From Ignavibacteriota bacterium (GTDB lineage Bacteria; Bacteroidota; Ignavibacteria; UBA10030; UBA6906), in NCBI GenBank assembly GCA_963801355.1, contig CAWDEM010000004.1, positions 320,001-384,000 on the forward strand: a stretch of 64,000 nt of DNA. Reading direction: 5' to 3'. Below are positions 49,309 to 58,863 of this stretch, piece after piece; position 1 is the stretch's first letter; each line of letters starts with the position of its first letter. Below the pieces are notes generated by a model. It did no database searches and was not told where the DNA came from. It saw nothing but the letters and a program-made list of their open reading frames with translations. The position numbers and the translations under genes are program-made.

Positions 49309-50169
49309 ATGGGCCTCTATCCTCAACCGAACAAGTATCAATGCGGTCCCTTCGCCCTCAAGTACTCGCTGATCATGCTCGGGAGGTTCGTTGATGAGAA
49401 CCAGATTTCCCGCATCGCCGGCACGCACTGGTGGGCAGGAACCGACGAGATCAAACTTGGCCGGGCGGCACATGCCTTCGGCTGTGATATGCGGATCATC
49501 CGCCGCACCAAATCCCTCAGAGCGAAGCGCGAACTACTGCTCTCACTGAAGAAAGGCTATCCGGCCATACTCTGTGTTGACGGGTGGGAGCACTGGATTA
49601 CCGTGGTGGGAGCGGAAAAGGGGAAGTTCATATCGATTGACAGCAGGGAAGCGCCGGTGGTGTGCGTTGACACCTGGCTGGCACTCAAGAAACGCTGGGT
49701 CTACAATGAAGTGGATCAGGATGACCCGACGGAGACCAAGACACTGTACGATCTGCATCTCCTTATTCCCCGCTTCCGTGTGCGCACGAAGGCGCGCCTC
49801 TCGCTGAAGCGGGCGCGCTACCTCCGCAGGCCGGAGAACCGGGAGTTTGCCACGCACTGGGATGAATACTTCACGGATCTTATCCAGATCTGCACTCCGC
49901 GGGATCCACGCAGTGAGAAAGTGTTTCCCCTGGGGGAACTGCTGCGACGCCATGGTGCGATGATCCGCGAGCAGGTGTCGTTCTGGCATGGCAGGGTGAA
50001 GAAAGACCAGATCCGCCGTCTCCTGCGGAATATGAAATTCGTTGCCGATACGTACGATCTGGTCGTACGCAAAGAAGACGAGAAGCGCGCCATCGCAGCC
50101 ATCACGACCCTCCTGACACTATGGGCCTCATCCCGGCTCGGTGTGGGAGACGTCTATGGCAATGCCTAG
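49309..50169 (+). CDS. Stand-alone C39-like (papain-fold) cysteine peptidase domain protein
   Basis: QPNKYQCGPFAL (Q..C), GTD, EHWITVVG (His), IDS (Asp); no signal peptide or ABC domain. Confidence 0.72.
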   Translation: MGLYPQPNKYQCGPFALKYSLIMLGRFVDENQISRIAGTHWWAGTDEIKLGRAAHAFGCDMRIIRRTKSLRAKRELLLSLKKGYPAILCVDGWEHWITVVGAEKGKFISIDSREAPVVCVDTWLALKKRWVYNEVDQDDPTETKTLYDLHLLIPRFRVRTKARLSLKRARYLRRPENREFATHWDEYFTDLIQICTPRDPRSEKVFPLGELLRRHGAMIREQVSFWHGRVKKDQIRRLLRNMKFVADTYDLVVRKEDEKRAIAAITTLLTLWASSRLGVGDVYGNA

Positions 50170-50178
50170 ACTACCCCG

Positions 50179-51288
50179 ATGAACATTCTGCTGACCAACT
50201 CCACCGACATCTTTGCGGGAGGAGAGGACTATGTTCTCATTCTGGCAAAGTATCTGCGCAAGCGCGGCCACGCGGTGAGCGTCTCAGCGCTCCCCGGCCA
50301 TCTCCTGCTCCAGAAATGTGCCGCCGCCGGAATTCCCGGCGTGCCCATTGCGTATCATGGTATGGACCGTGTCTTCCACGTAGCATCAGTGCTCCGGCGT
50401 GAGCTGCGCGCCCGGCACATTGATGTTGTACACAGCAACGCGAATTATGACCGGACAACCGCCGCTCTTGCAGCAGCCGGGACCCCGACCCGTCACGTCG
50501 CAGGAATCCACAGCACTCACTCGATCCAGCACAACATCACCCACTGGCTGCGGAACCGGTGGGGCATCGACCATTTCATCACCGACGCCGAGGCCGGAAA
50601 GGAGGTGCTGGTCCGGGAAGACCACATTGCCGGCCACAGGATCACCACGGTTCCGATAGGCATTGAAGATGAGCCGCCCGGAGAGCGTGCCACCGCCCGG
50701 CACACCACGCGTGACCGGCTGGGGGTGCGGGACACGACCTGTGTCATTGGCAACGTCGCGCGGCTTGTGCCGTTCAAGGGCCACCGGATTCTGCTCGAGG
50801 CGATTGGCATCGTTGTCCGTCAGGTGCCGGATGTGCTTTTTCTGGTCATCGGGGATGGCGAGTTGCTGGAGACGCTTGAGGCGCAGGCACGTTCACTGGA
50901 CATTGCCGGGAAGACCCGTTTCCTCGGCTTTCAGGACAATCTTCACCTCTGGTATCCCGCGTTCGACATCTATTGCCACTCTTCGCTTGAAATGGCCGCG
51001 GAAATGTTTCCCATTGCCATACTCCGGGCGCTCTCCACGGGTCTGCCCGTGGTGTGTTCGAAAGTCGGGGGAATCGCGCTGATGGTTCGCGACGGCGTTT
51101 CGGGTTTCCTGGTTCCGCCCGAAGATCCTGAGGTCCTTGCCGCCTCACTCCTGCGGGTCATGACCGATCCGGCACTGCGCGCACAGATGGGGGCGGCATC
51201 CGCCGCGCTGTTCCGGGAACAGTTCCACGCAGCTGCGATGGCCGAAAAAGTCGAACGTGTCTATATGCGCATCATGGAAACACACTGA
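50179..51288 (+). CDS. Glycosyltransferase family 4
   Basis: AGGE, VARLVPFKGH, GDG, EMFPIAILRALSTGLPVV..VGG. Confidence 0.9.
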   Translation: MNILLTNSTDIFAGGEDYVLILAKYLRKRGHAVSVSALPGHLLLQKCAAAGIPGVPIAYHGMDRVFHVASVLRRELRARHIDVVHSNANYDRTTAALAAAGTPTRHVAGIHSTHSIQHNITHWLRNRWGIDHFITDAEAGKEVLVREDHIAGHRITTVPIGIEDEPPGERATARHTTRDRLGVRDTTCVIGNVARLVPFKGHRILLEAIGIVVRQVPDVLFLVIGDGELLETLEAQARSLDIAGKTRFLGFQDNLHLWYPAFDIYCHSSLEMAAEMFPIAILRALSTGLPVVCSKVGGIALMVRDGVSGFLVPPEDPEVLAASLLRVMTDPALRAQMGAASAALFREQFHAAAMAEKVERVYMRIMETH

Positions 51289-51289
51289 C

Positions 51290-52420
51290 ATGCACATCCC
51301 GTTTCATTCTCCGTTCTATGACGAGCGTGACGCTGCGGCACTCACAGCCGCCCTTCGCACAGGAACACTTGTAGGTGACGGCCCGCATACGGAACGTGCG
51401 TCCGCGGCACTGCGCTCGCTCCTCGGAGTACGTCATGTGATGCTGACGACATCCTGTACGCACGCTCTTGAGCTGGCGATGATGACGCTGGAACTCAAGC
51501 CCCGGGATGAAGTGCTGGCCCCCAGCTTTACGTTCGTCTCGACGACCAACGCGATCCTTCGCGAGCGTGCACAATGCGTGTTTGTGGATATACGGGAGGA
51601 CACGCTGACGATCGATCCCGGCGATCTCGAACGCCGCATCACCGGGCGCACGAGAGCGATCATTCCGGTCGTCTACGCCGGTGTCTCTCCCGATATGGAT
51701 GCACTCATGGCTCTCGCCCGTCCACGGCGTATCCGGGTGGTGGAGGATGCGGCACAGGGGATGTGTGCGCTGTACAGGGGGCGGCCGGCCGGGACGACGG
51801 GCGACGCGGGGTGTTTGAGTTTCCACGAAACAAAGAACTACTCGACGGGTGAAGGCGGCGCGCTGATCACCAATGACGATGTGTTCGCGCAGCGAGCAGA
51901 GATCATCCGTGAAAAAGGGACCAACCGCAAGCAGTTCATGTTGGGACTGGTCGACAAGTACACATGGGTGGATGTCGGGAGCAGTTTCTTGCCCCCCGAT
52001 ACCATGGCTGCGCTGCTGGCGAGTCAGCTTGAGAAACGGGAGGTCATCCAGAACCGCCGGAGAGAAATTCATCAACGCTACAATGAAGCATTTGCCCCGC
52101 TGGCCGGAGAAGGCAAGCTCATCCTGCCCTTCATACCGGACGGGGTGGTATCCAATCATCACATCTACTACGTGCTGATGCAGAGCGAGGCGGTCCGCAA
52201 TGATGCCCTGAAATTTCTTCATACACGGGGGATCGGTGCCACATTTCACTATCTGCCTCTGCATCTGTCTCCCGTCGGGCGTGCGCTGGGATACCGGGAA
52301 GGTGATTTCCCGGTGACAGAATCCGTCAGCGGGCGATTGCTGCGGTTGCCCATCTATCCATCGCTCACCGGCGAGCAGCAGGCCCTGATCATTCGCGCGA
52401 TGCTGGAATTCTTTGCCTGA
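51290..52420 (+). CDS. wecE: dTDP-4-amino-4,6-dideoxygalactose transaminase (WecE/RffA-like)
   Basis: GDGP, TSCTHALE, PSFTFVST, EDAAQG, SFHETKN..GEGG, EKGTNR, DKYTWVD.GSS, FHYLPLH. Confidence 0.88.
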   Translation: MHIPFHSPFYDERDAAALTAALRTGTLVGDGPHTERASAALRSLLGVRHVMLTTSCTHALELAMMTLELKPRDEVLAPSFTFVSTTNAILRERAQCVFVDIREDTLTIDPGDLERRITGRTRAIIPVVYAGVSPDMDALMALARPRRIRVVEDAAQGMCALYRGRPAGTTGDAGCLSFHETKNYSTGEGGALITNDDVFAQRAEIIREKGTNRKQFMLGLVDKYTWVDVGSSFLPPDTMAALLASQLEKREVIQNRRREIHQRYNEAFAPLAGEGKLILPFIPDGVVSNHHIYYVLMQSEAVRNDALKFLHTRGIGATFHYLPLHLSPVGRALGYREGDFPVTESVSGRLLRLPIYPSLTGEQQALIIRAMLEFFA

Positions 52421-52447
52421 GAAGCGTGTTCTTGAGAAGCGTGTTCT
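52418..52447 (+). repeat. 15-bp perfect tandem duplication starting at the wecE stop codon
   Basis: TGAGAAGCGTGTTCT x2. Confidence 0.9.
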
Positions 52448-52467
52448 ATTGAAAAACCGCGAGCCCT

Positions 52468-53700
52468 ATGGACCAACACAAGCTCTATCGCACCATACAG
52501 ATGCTCGGTGAGGCGGAGTTCCGCACGGAAGAGCAGCTGATCGCCCACGTTCTGGAACACATCCTGCAGAATGAACAAATCCACATTCGTGGAGCACGAC
52601 TCTGGCGGCTCGAAACCTCGACCGGCACCTACCGGTTCGTGCGCCAGTACGGCGAAATGGAGTCCATTGATAAGAACTTCCGCATCCGCGTGCTGGAGTA
52701 CCCGCTCTTTCTGCACCTCCCGCGCAAAGGCACCATCGTGGGGAAGGAGACCAATGCCTACCTCCTGAAAAAGGGAATCAAGATCTTTTCAGCGACGGGC
52801 GTGGGGGAGATCATCCAGTGGAAGCGCCATGCGCTTTACCCCTATGTCATTGCCATTACATCGGCGTTCGTGCGGCGCGAAATGATGTATACGCTGAATA
52901 TCATCAGCACGGCACTGACCTCGGTGTTGCGCAATCGCCGTGTCGAGTCGAAGGCACGTCTGCTCGAACAGGATCTGGACAAGGCGCGGCAGATTCAGGC
53001 AAGTATTCTCCCCGAACACGAAATGAAGTTCCATTTCTACGATGTGTACGGAGTCTCGTTACCCGATCGCATTGTCGGTGGCGACTTCTTCGATTATCTT
53101 CAGGCGTCGGGAGACAAACAGCGTCTCGGTGTGGTCATCGGCGATGCCGCAAGCAAAGGGATTCCGGCGGCGGCACAGGCCCTGTACGCATCCGGCGCCC
53201 TCCGCATGGGTGTCGAGTATCAGACAAAGATCGGATCGCTCATCACCAGATTGAATCAGCTCGTCAACAAGACGTTCACGCCCGAACACTTCATCTCCAT
53301 GGTATACGCGGAGCTCAGCACGTCGGATAAAGGGCTGGTCATCTATGTGAACGCCGGTCACAGCAATCCCATCATCCTGCGTGCCGAGACGAACGAGGTC
53401 GAGACCCTGCCCGCGACGGGGCAGATCATTGGTCCATTTCCCCGCGAAAGCTACCATTCAGAGTTCACCGTCCTGCACCGGGGCGACATCATGCTTCTGT
53501 ACACGGACGGCATTGTCGAGGCATCCAACGAGCGAGGGGAGATGTACGGGGAGGAACGGCTGATCCGGATGCTCAAGCAGCACAAGAAACGGACCCCCCG
53601 CGAACTGTGTCAGTTGATCTTGGAAGAGGTCCAGCTGTTCGGCAAAATGGCGGAATATGGGGACGACAAAACGCTGGTTGCAATCAGGCGGTCCCGATAA
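52468..53700 (+). CDS. PP2C/SpoIIE (RsbU-like) phosphatase with a GAF-like N-domain
   Basis: ARQIQ.SILP, VGGDFFD, IGDAASKGIPAA, NAGH, YTDGIVE, DDKT. Confidence 0.9.
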   Translation: MDQHKLYRTIQMLGEAEFRTEEQLIAHVLEHILQNEQIHIRGARLWRLETSTGTYRFVRQYGEMESIDKNFRIRVLEYPLFLHLPRKGTIVGKETNAYLLKKGIKIFSATGVGEIIQWKRHALYPYVIAITSAFVRREMMYTLNIISTALTSVLRNRRVESKARLLEQDLDKARQIQASILPEHEMKFHFYDVYGVSLPDRIVGGDFFDYLQASGDKQRLGVVIGDAASKGIPAAAQALYASGALRMGVEYQTKIGSLITRLNQLVNKTFTPEHFISMVYAELSTSDKGLVIYVNAGHSNPIILRAETNEVETLPATGQIIGPFPRESYHSEFTVLHRGDIMLLYTDGIVEASNERGEMYGEERLIRMLKQHKKRTPRELCQLILEEVQLFGKMAEYGDDKTLVAIRRSR

Positions 53701-53704
53701 TGTC

Positions 53705-55660
53705 CTATCGTAAAACAATCACCTTCTTTGTCTCGAAGATGTCCGGAGCCTGCAGCCGGTAAAAGTACATGCCGTTCGGCAACTGGAGCTTGGCAAGATC
53801 CACCTGATACGCGCCCGCGGGTTGAGTTCCGTCGAAGACCCTCAGAATCTCCTGCCCCAGAATATTGAACACCGTGATGCGCACCTGCCCCGCCCTGGCC
53901 AGCGTGTAACTCAGACTCGTTGAAGGATTGAAGGCCGTGACGGAGACCGTCTCGGGCGGGGGTACCTCCCGCGGGGACTTCACGGGGGGTGAGACCGGAG
54001 TCATCACGGCAATCGTAAATACGGCCGCACGGGGGGTGCCGACGGTGGTGTACCGCCCGTCGGTGGCGCTGACGCGCCAGAAGTAGTCATGCGCGACCCG
54101 GGGAAGAAGAATTCTGAGCGAGTCCGCAGTGCCCGGGTCCAACGTACGGAGTGCAGGACTGTCAAACGTGTTTGTCGTGTCGATGGCGACAATGTAGCGG
54201 ATAGTATCGCCGTCGGGATCGACAGACCTCTCCCACCGCAGCAGTACCTCCGGATCCTCGTGCCCGGGAACACTGATGATCCGTCCCGAAGCCGGCATGC
54301 CAAGGTCGAAATCCGTCGGGGGATCATTGACATTGACGATCTTGATCGCACTCTGCTGGGTCACCGTTCCTGCGCCATTACGGGCGCGGAGAGCAAACGT
54401 CACAGTGTGCTGCAGTGCCAGAGCATTGGTCGGTACCCACTGCACGGTGCCGGATGCGTGATCCAGCGTCATGCCATCGGGCCCGGATATGAGAGTCACG
54501 TCAGGCGGTGTGCCGGTGAAGGTTGGTGTGTAGGTGAAACGGACACCCTGGACCGCATCCGGCGGTGGTGTGCTCGTGAACTCCGGTGCAACAGGAACGA
54601 TGCGCAGGATCTTGCTGGACAAATAGGGCCCATTTGTCAGGTAGATGCAGCCGTCGTTGCCGATCTGCAGATCGGCAATGCCGGTGACATAGGGGAAGAA
54701 CTTCTCCATGCGCAGTGAATCCCCGGTCCCCGTCCATGTTCCCGCCCATATTGCAGGGATGGCGCTTGAGGTAACCAGAATTTTTCCACGCAATTGCGGG
54801 AAAGCGTCGCCGCGGTAGACGACAATGCCCGTAAGGTCCGGCGCATGGTCGGCGGGGAATTCATACAGCGGCCCGGAAAGAACGGCTGATGAATCTCCGC
54901 GAGTGAGCGGCCATCCGAAGTTGCTTCCTCGCCGCACGCGGTATATCCTGTTGGGGGTGTCCGTTCCTCCTTCGGTGCAATACATCGCTCCGGTCTCCGC
55001 GTCCACTGTCAGTCCCTGGCTATTCCGCAGCCCCATGGCCCAGAATGGCTTCAACGACGAGGGATTGTCGGGGGGATATGAACCATCGGGGTTCAGGCGG
55101 AGGATCTTGCCCCAGGGGATGTGGCGGGAGGAGGTGTCCTGCGCCAACCCGGGGTGGGTCAGATGATCTCCGACGGTGATATAGAGTTTGCCGTCAATGC
55201 CGAACCGGAGGACACCGCCGTTGTTTTCCGTAGCTCCGTCGAGCCGCGGGATGACAGCCAGGAGTGTGGGTTCAACGCCGGTGCCGGCCGAGTCGCGGTA
55301 CCGCTCGACAATACCCAGGCGGTCCTGGGCACGTACGTAGAACAGGTAGACAAACGGGGTATCGGGGTAGGCCGGATGGAGAGCAATGCCCAGCAATCCC
55401 TGAGGACCCTCCGATTCAACCGGCACCGTCACGAAGGGTGTAGTCTGGAGGGATGTGCCGGCAATGAGACGTACGCGTCCGCTGTTCTTCTCAGTAAAGA
55501 AGAACACACCGGTCTCCCGCTGTGGGAACGCAAGGCAGACGGGATACTGCGCATACGGTGCCCGCGCGAGAGTGTCCACGCGGTACGACTGCGCGTCAGC
55601 GTTCCTGACAACGACCACTATGCAGCAGAAGGTGAACAGCCGGAGTAGCAGTGGGTTCAA
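53705..55660 (-). CDS. PQQ-dependent glucose/sorbosone dehydrogenase-like propeller with Ig-like domains and a T9SS-type C-terminal domain
   Basis: Probable TTG start at 55660. GLLGIALHP, NGGVLRFGIDGKLYITVGD, GKILRLNPDG, GLRN, NFGWP; Ig-like VNDPP; C-terminal FNPST..FNILGQEI..GMYFYRL..KK. Confidence 0.82.
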   Translation of the reverse strand: MNPLLLRLFTFCCIVVVVRNADAQSYRVDTLARAPYAQYPVCLAFPQRETGVFFFTEKNSGRVRLIAGTSLQTTPFVTVPVESEGPQGLLGIALHPAYPDTPFVYLFYVRAQDRLGIVERYRDSAGTGVEPTLLAVIPRLDGATENNGGVLRFGIDGKLYITVGDHLTHPGLAQDTSSRHIPWGKILRLNPDGSYPPDNPSSLKPFWAMGLRNSQGLTVDAETGAMYCTEGGTDTPNRIYRVRRGSNFGWPLTRGDSSAVLSGPLYEFPADHAPDLTGIVVYRGDAFPQLRGKILVTSSAIPAIWAGTWTGTGDSLRMEKFFPYVTGIADLQIGNDGCIYLTNGPYLSSKILRIVPVAPEFTSTPPPDAVQGVRFTYTPTFTGTPPDVTLISGPDGMTLDHASGTVQWVPTNALALQHTVTFALRARNGAGTVTQQSAIKIVNVNDPPTDFDLGMPASGRIISVPGHEDPEVLLRWERSVDPDGDTIRYIVAIDTTNTFDSPALRTLDPGTADSLRILLPRVAHDYFWRVSATDGRYTTVGTPRAAVFTIAVMTPVSPPVKSPREVPPPETVSVTAFNPSTSLSYTLARAGQVRITVFNILGQEILRVFDGTQPAGAYQVDLAKLQLPNGMYFYRLQAPDIFETKKVIVLR

Positions 55661-55670
55661 TAATACCCTT

Positions 55671-56765
55671 TCATCGGTTCTGCTCTTTCTCGTACAGATA
55701 CGCCAGCGGCTCATGGCGGGCCGTCGTGCCGTCGTGTACGGAGAACTTCCCGCCGCTGTAGATGCGCGCACCGCCATAGTCTCCGCGGGCGCTGATTGCA
55801 TACAGCTCCACTTCGAAGCGCGGGCGCCCCGCGGGGGTCTGCAACCGTTTGAGACGGTTCTGGTCCACTATCTGCTTCACAGTCTCGAGGCATGCCTCCT
55901 CAGGCGATGCGCCCCCGCGCATATTCTCCACGACCATCCGGCAACTGCAGTTGATGAGGTTGGCTTCACCCCGCCCGGTCGAGCCTGCCGAGCCGACTGC
56001 GTTGTCGCAATACAGCCCTGCCCCGATAATCGGCGAATCACCGACACGTCCCGGAATTTTGAAGGCCAGACCGCTGGTTGTGGTAACACAGGAGAGATTC
56101 TCCCGCTGATCGATTGCGCTGCAGTGAATCGTTCCGGAACGGCGGAAGAATTCACCGAATTCATTGCGCAGCGGTGCGGGGAGGAGATCGCCGATATCCC
56201 GGTCCTCGGGTCCGTGGAGCGGCAACCAATCGTCCGTCGCGGAAAGGTGCTCCTTCCAATATAACCAGGCTTCACGGGCTTTTTCCGTGAGCAGGTCCTC
56301 TTCCTTGAATCCGTGTGCCCGGGCGAAGCGCAGGGCACCTTCCCCGACCATCAGCACGTGGTCGCTGCGATCCATCACGGTCCGTGCGACCTTTGACGGA
56401 TTCCTGATGTTTCGCAGGGAGGCGACGGCGCCGGCCTGATGGGTGGGCCCGTGCATAACCGCAGCGTCCAGTTCGACGATGCCATCCTCATTTGGCAATC
56501 CCCCGTATCCGACAGAAACGTCGTTGGGGTCATCTTCGATGATGTTCACGCCTGCAATGACGGCGTCGAGAGCGTCGCTGCCGGCCGCGATCATCTCCAT
56601 GGCCTTTGTAACCGCCCGGAGGCCGTTGGCACTGGAAATCGCGATGGGCCTCACGGGGCCTGTCATGGCACGGGCTGTGCCCTTCAGCGGAACGGCACCG
56701 GTGACAAGTGCCCCGCTGCCGGCAATGACAGCATGGCGGAGGAATTCTCGTCGCGTCGCGGGCAT
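55671..56765 (-). CDS. Tat-exported N(4)-(beta-N-acetylglucosaminyl)-L-asparaginase / type 2 asparaginase family
   Basis: TRREFL Tat motif, SVGYGGLPN, ELDAAVM, GTIH nucleophile region, TTTSG, GRVGDSPIIGAG, TGRGE. Confidence 0.9.
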   Translation of the reverse strand: MPATRREFLRHAVIAGSGALVTGAVPLKGTARAMTGPVRPIAISSANGLRAVTKAMEMIAAGSDALDAVIAGVNIIEDDPNDVSVGYGGLPNEDGIVELDAAVMHGPTHQAGAVASLRNIRNPSKVARTVMDRSDHVLMVGEGALRFARAHGFKEEDLLTEKAREAWLYWKEHLSATDDWLPLHGPEDRDIGDLLPAPLRNEFGEFFRRSGTIHCSAIDQRENLSCVTTTSGLAFKIPGRVGDSPIIGAGLYCDNAVGSAGSTGRGEANLINCSCRMVVENMRGGASPEEACLETVKQIVDQNRLKRLQTPAGRPRFEVELYAISARGDYGGARIYSGGKFSVHDGTTARHEPLAYLYEKEQNR

Positions 56766-56812
56766 GGGAACAACCCCCAATCGGATTTGGCAGGGTGGGC
56801 TATCCAGTATCG

Positions 56813-56841
56813 AAAGTAGAGAATACTTTCAAGAATATCAA
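56813..56841 (-). promoter_or_regulatory. Sigma70-type promoter (asparaginase)
   Basis: TTGATA-N17-TACTTT on the minus strand. Confidence 0.55.
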
Positions 56842-58697
56842 TTCGGCGGAGTGGTGATATGTCCGGGCTGAGGGGGTATTGGTGCGTCGGGAGCCGCCGG
56901 CGCGGGATCGCGGTACAGAGTGATGCCGTAGTAGTCGCGGTCATCGGGAGGGTCGGTATTCCAATCGTTGTATGCGTGTGAATCGTCGGTCTTGTACCTC
57001 AAGACATAATTGCCCTTCTCCAGGACGATGGTGGAATTCACCATCCGGTTCTTTCTTCCCCCTCCGGCATGGAAGGTCAGGCCGTACGACATTTCCCAGA
57101 TTACGGTGCCGGTGCGAGCGTCCTCGATCCACCCATAATCGTACATTGTGCGATTCTGCGCTTCGCCAATCGCATAAATGCGCACACGTGATGTACGGGC
57201 AAGCGTAAACCGCGTCGACTTGTCGGCGTCATCGCCGACTCCGATGATTTGCGCAATAATGTTCTTGTCGTTGACAGCCGTATATTTGACCGCGTACGCC
57301 GGCACGAACGACGAGTCGGCAGCGGAGACAACAATGCCGTAGTGTTCCGGGTCGAAGGGAGGGGAATCGTTCCAATCTCCGTATGCATGGGAGTCGTCGG
57401 TCACATATGTCACGATGTAGTTGCCTTCCGGCAGGGAGATGACTTCGTCAATGTACCTGTTCTTCGAGGCGCCGCCCGCGTGGCGCGTGCGATCGGGTTC
57501 CATGGTCCATACGCGTGCACGTGTCCGTGCGTCCAGGATGCTCCCGTAGTCAGCCATGGTTCGGCGGTTGTTGGCGCGTTCACCGAAGGCGAAGACATGC
57601 AGCCGGCATGCCTTTTTCAGTGTGAAACCGTCCGAACGCGACGTGTTGTTTTCCGCCTTCACAATACTGACAATGATATTGCGTTCTTCGGCAATCGCCG
57701 AGGGCGCAAAGCCGGCGCGCTCGCTTTTCCCTTCGATCACGAGTGACACACCGTAATTGAGCGGGTCATAGGGAGGGGCTGCATTCCAATCGGTGGCTGA
57801 GTGGGAGTCGTCCGTGATGCAGTACAAGAGGTATGAGCCCCTGGGGAGCTCGACCGTAGATGTGACGAGGATATTCTTCTTGGCACCGCCCGCCTCGCGT
57901 GCATCATGACAGTCCAATTCCCAAACGCGGTTGCGTGTGCGCGTGTCAATGATCCAGCTATAGTCAGCGCATTCGGAGCCTGCACTTGCTTCGCCGAGTG
58001 CACGGATGGAGACCGTTGCGGGCGCGGACAATGTGAATCCACGGCGCACGAAAGCGTTCTCTCCGAGGCCGGTCGCCCTCAGCACTGTCTCGGCGGAGAC
58101 TTTTGGAGGAGTGAACGGCGTGACGGCGTCTGCATGAGCTTCGTCCACGGACAGATCGATGCCCCAGGTGCCCGATCGCTTCTCCCACGCGCTGCTGATG
58201 TCATCGCTCCACCAATCAGTCAGCCAGGAGAAGAAGTGGCGTTTGTTCTTGTATTTGTCACCGAACAGTGGTTGCTGCCTGTGATCAACGTTCACGTCGA
58301 AATGGGCGAATGTCGTATGGTAACCAAAGGTGCAGGCAGCAAAGTACGCTTCGTATGATCCTGCGGGGAGGGTGACCGTTCCGTCGAATGTCCGGTCGTC
58401 GCGGAGCTTCTGGGTGTTGCTGGTAGTCATTTCCCACACCGGCTCGCGCGTGTCTGCGTTCAGGATCCAGCCATAGGCAAGCATCCTGTCGCTTTTGTAG
58501 GTCCATCCCTGATTTCCCCCGGCACCCGTGGCATGGATGTGCACAGCCGCCGGTTCGCGCAGGTCAAAGCCGGCGTACCGGAGTTCGGTCTGGCTCATGT
58601 CTCTGAGTGTTGCGATTGACTTTTCTCCGGCAAATGACGCGACGCAACCGGCAGAGAGGAGGGAGGTTGTCAGTAATACGCGGAATGTGATTGGCAT
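56838..58697 (-). CDS. Secreted protein built from four tandem ~125-aa repeats
   Basis: RBS GGAGG, signal peptide. Repeat consensus FTL..GE..DYGWI.D.RT...VWEM..HAGG..KN..L..G.Y...TDDSH...WN..PP.DP..YG; repeat 1 is degenerate. Confidence 0.85.
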   Translation of the reverse strand: MPITFRVLLTTSLLSAGCVASFAGEKSIATLRDMSQTELRYAGFDLREPAAVHIHATGAGGNQGWTYKSDRMLAYGWILNADTREPVWEMTTSNTQKLRDDRTFDGTVTLPAGSYEAYFAACTFGYHTTFAHFDVNVDHRQQPLFGDKYKNKRHFFSWLTDWWSDDISSAWEKRSGTWGIDLSVDEAHADAVTPFTPPKVSAETVLRATGLGENAFVRRGFTLSAPATVSIRALGEASAGSECADYSWIIDTRTRNRVWELDCHDAREAGGAKKNILVTSTVELPRGSYLLYCITDDSHSATDWNAAPPYDPLNYGVSLVIEGKSERAGFAPSAIAEERNIIVSIVKAENNTSRSDGFTLKKACRLHVFAFGERANNRRTMADYGSILDARTRARVWTMEPDRTRHAGGASKNRYIDEVISLPEGNYIVTYVTDDSHAYGDWNDSPPFDPEHYGIVVSAADSSFVPAYAVKYTAVNDKNIIAQIIGVGDDADKSTRFTLARTSRVRIYAIGEAQNRTMYDYGWIEDARTGTVIWEMSYGLTFHAGGGRKNRMVNSTIVLEKGNYVLRYKTDDSHAYNDWNTDPPDDRDYYGITLYRDPAPAAPDAPIPPQPGHITTPPN

Positions 58698-58762
58698 TGC
58701 TCCTCCGGTCCTGAAGTCATGTCCCCGGCGACTTTCGCGCAGCTGGCCGACCCCACGTATAA

Positions 58763-58789
58763 TACGGATGAACCGGCATGGTTGTTGCA
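58763..58789 (-). promoter_or_regulatory. Putative ECF-sigma promoter
   Basis: TGCAAC-N17-CGTA on the minus strand, upstream of the four-repeat gene. Confidence 0.45.
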
Positions 58790-58807
58790 CAGTCTCACAC
58801 GCACACA

Positions 58808-58836
58808 TTGCATTTCGGTCTCAATTTCGGTAGCTT
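58808..58836 (+). promoter_or_regulatory. Sigma70-type promoter (thyA-folA)
   Basis: TTGCAT-N17-TAGCTT. Confidence 0.55.
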
Positions 58837-58863
58837 GCCAGCACTTTTCCATCGACACCTCCC

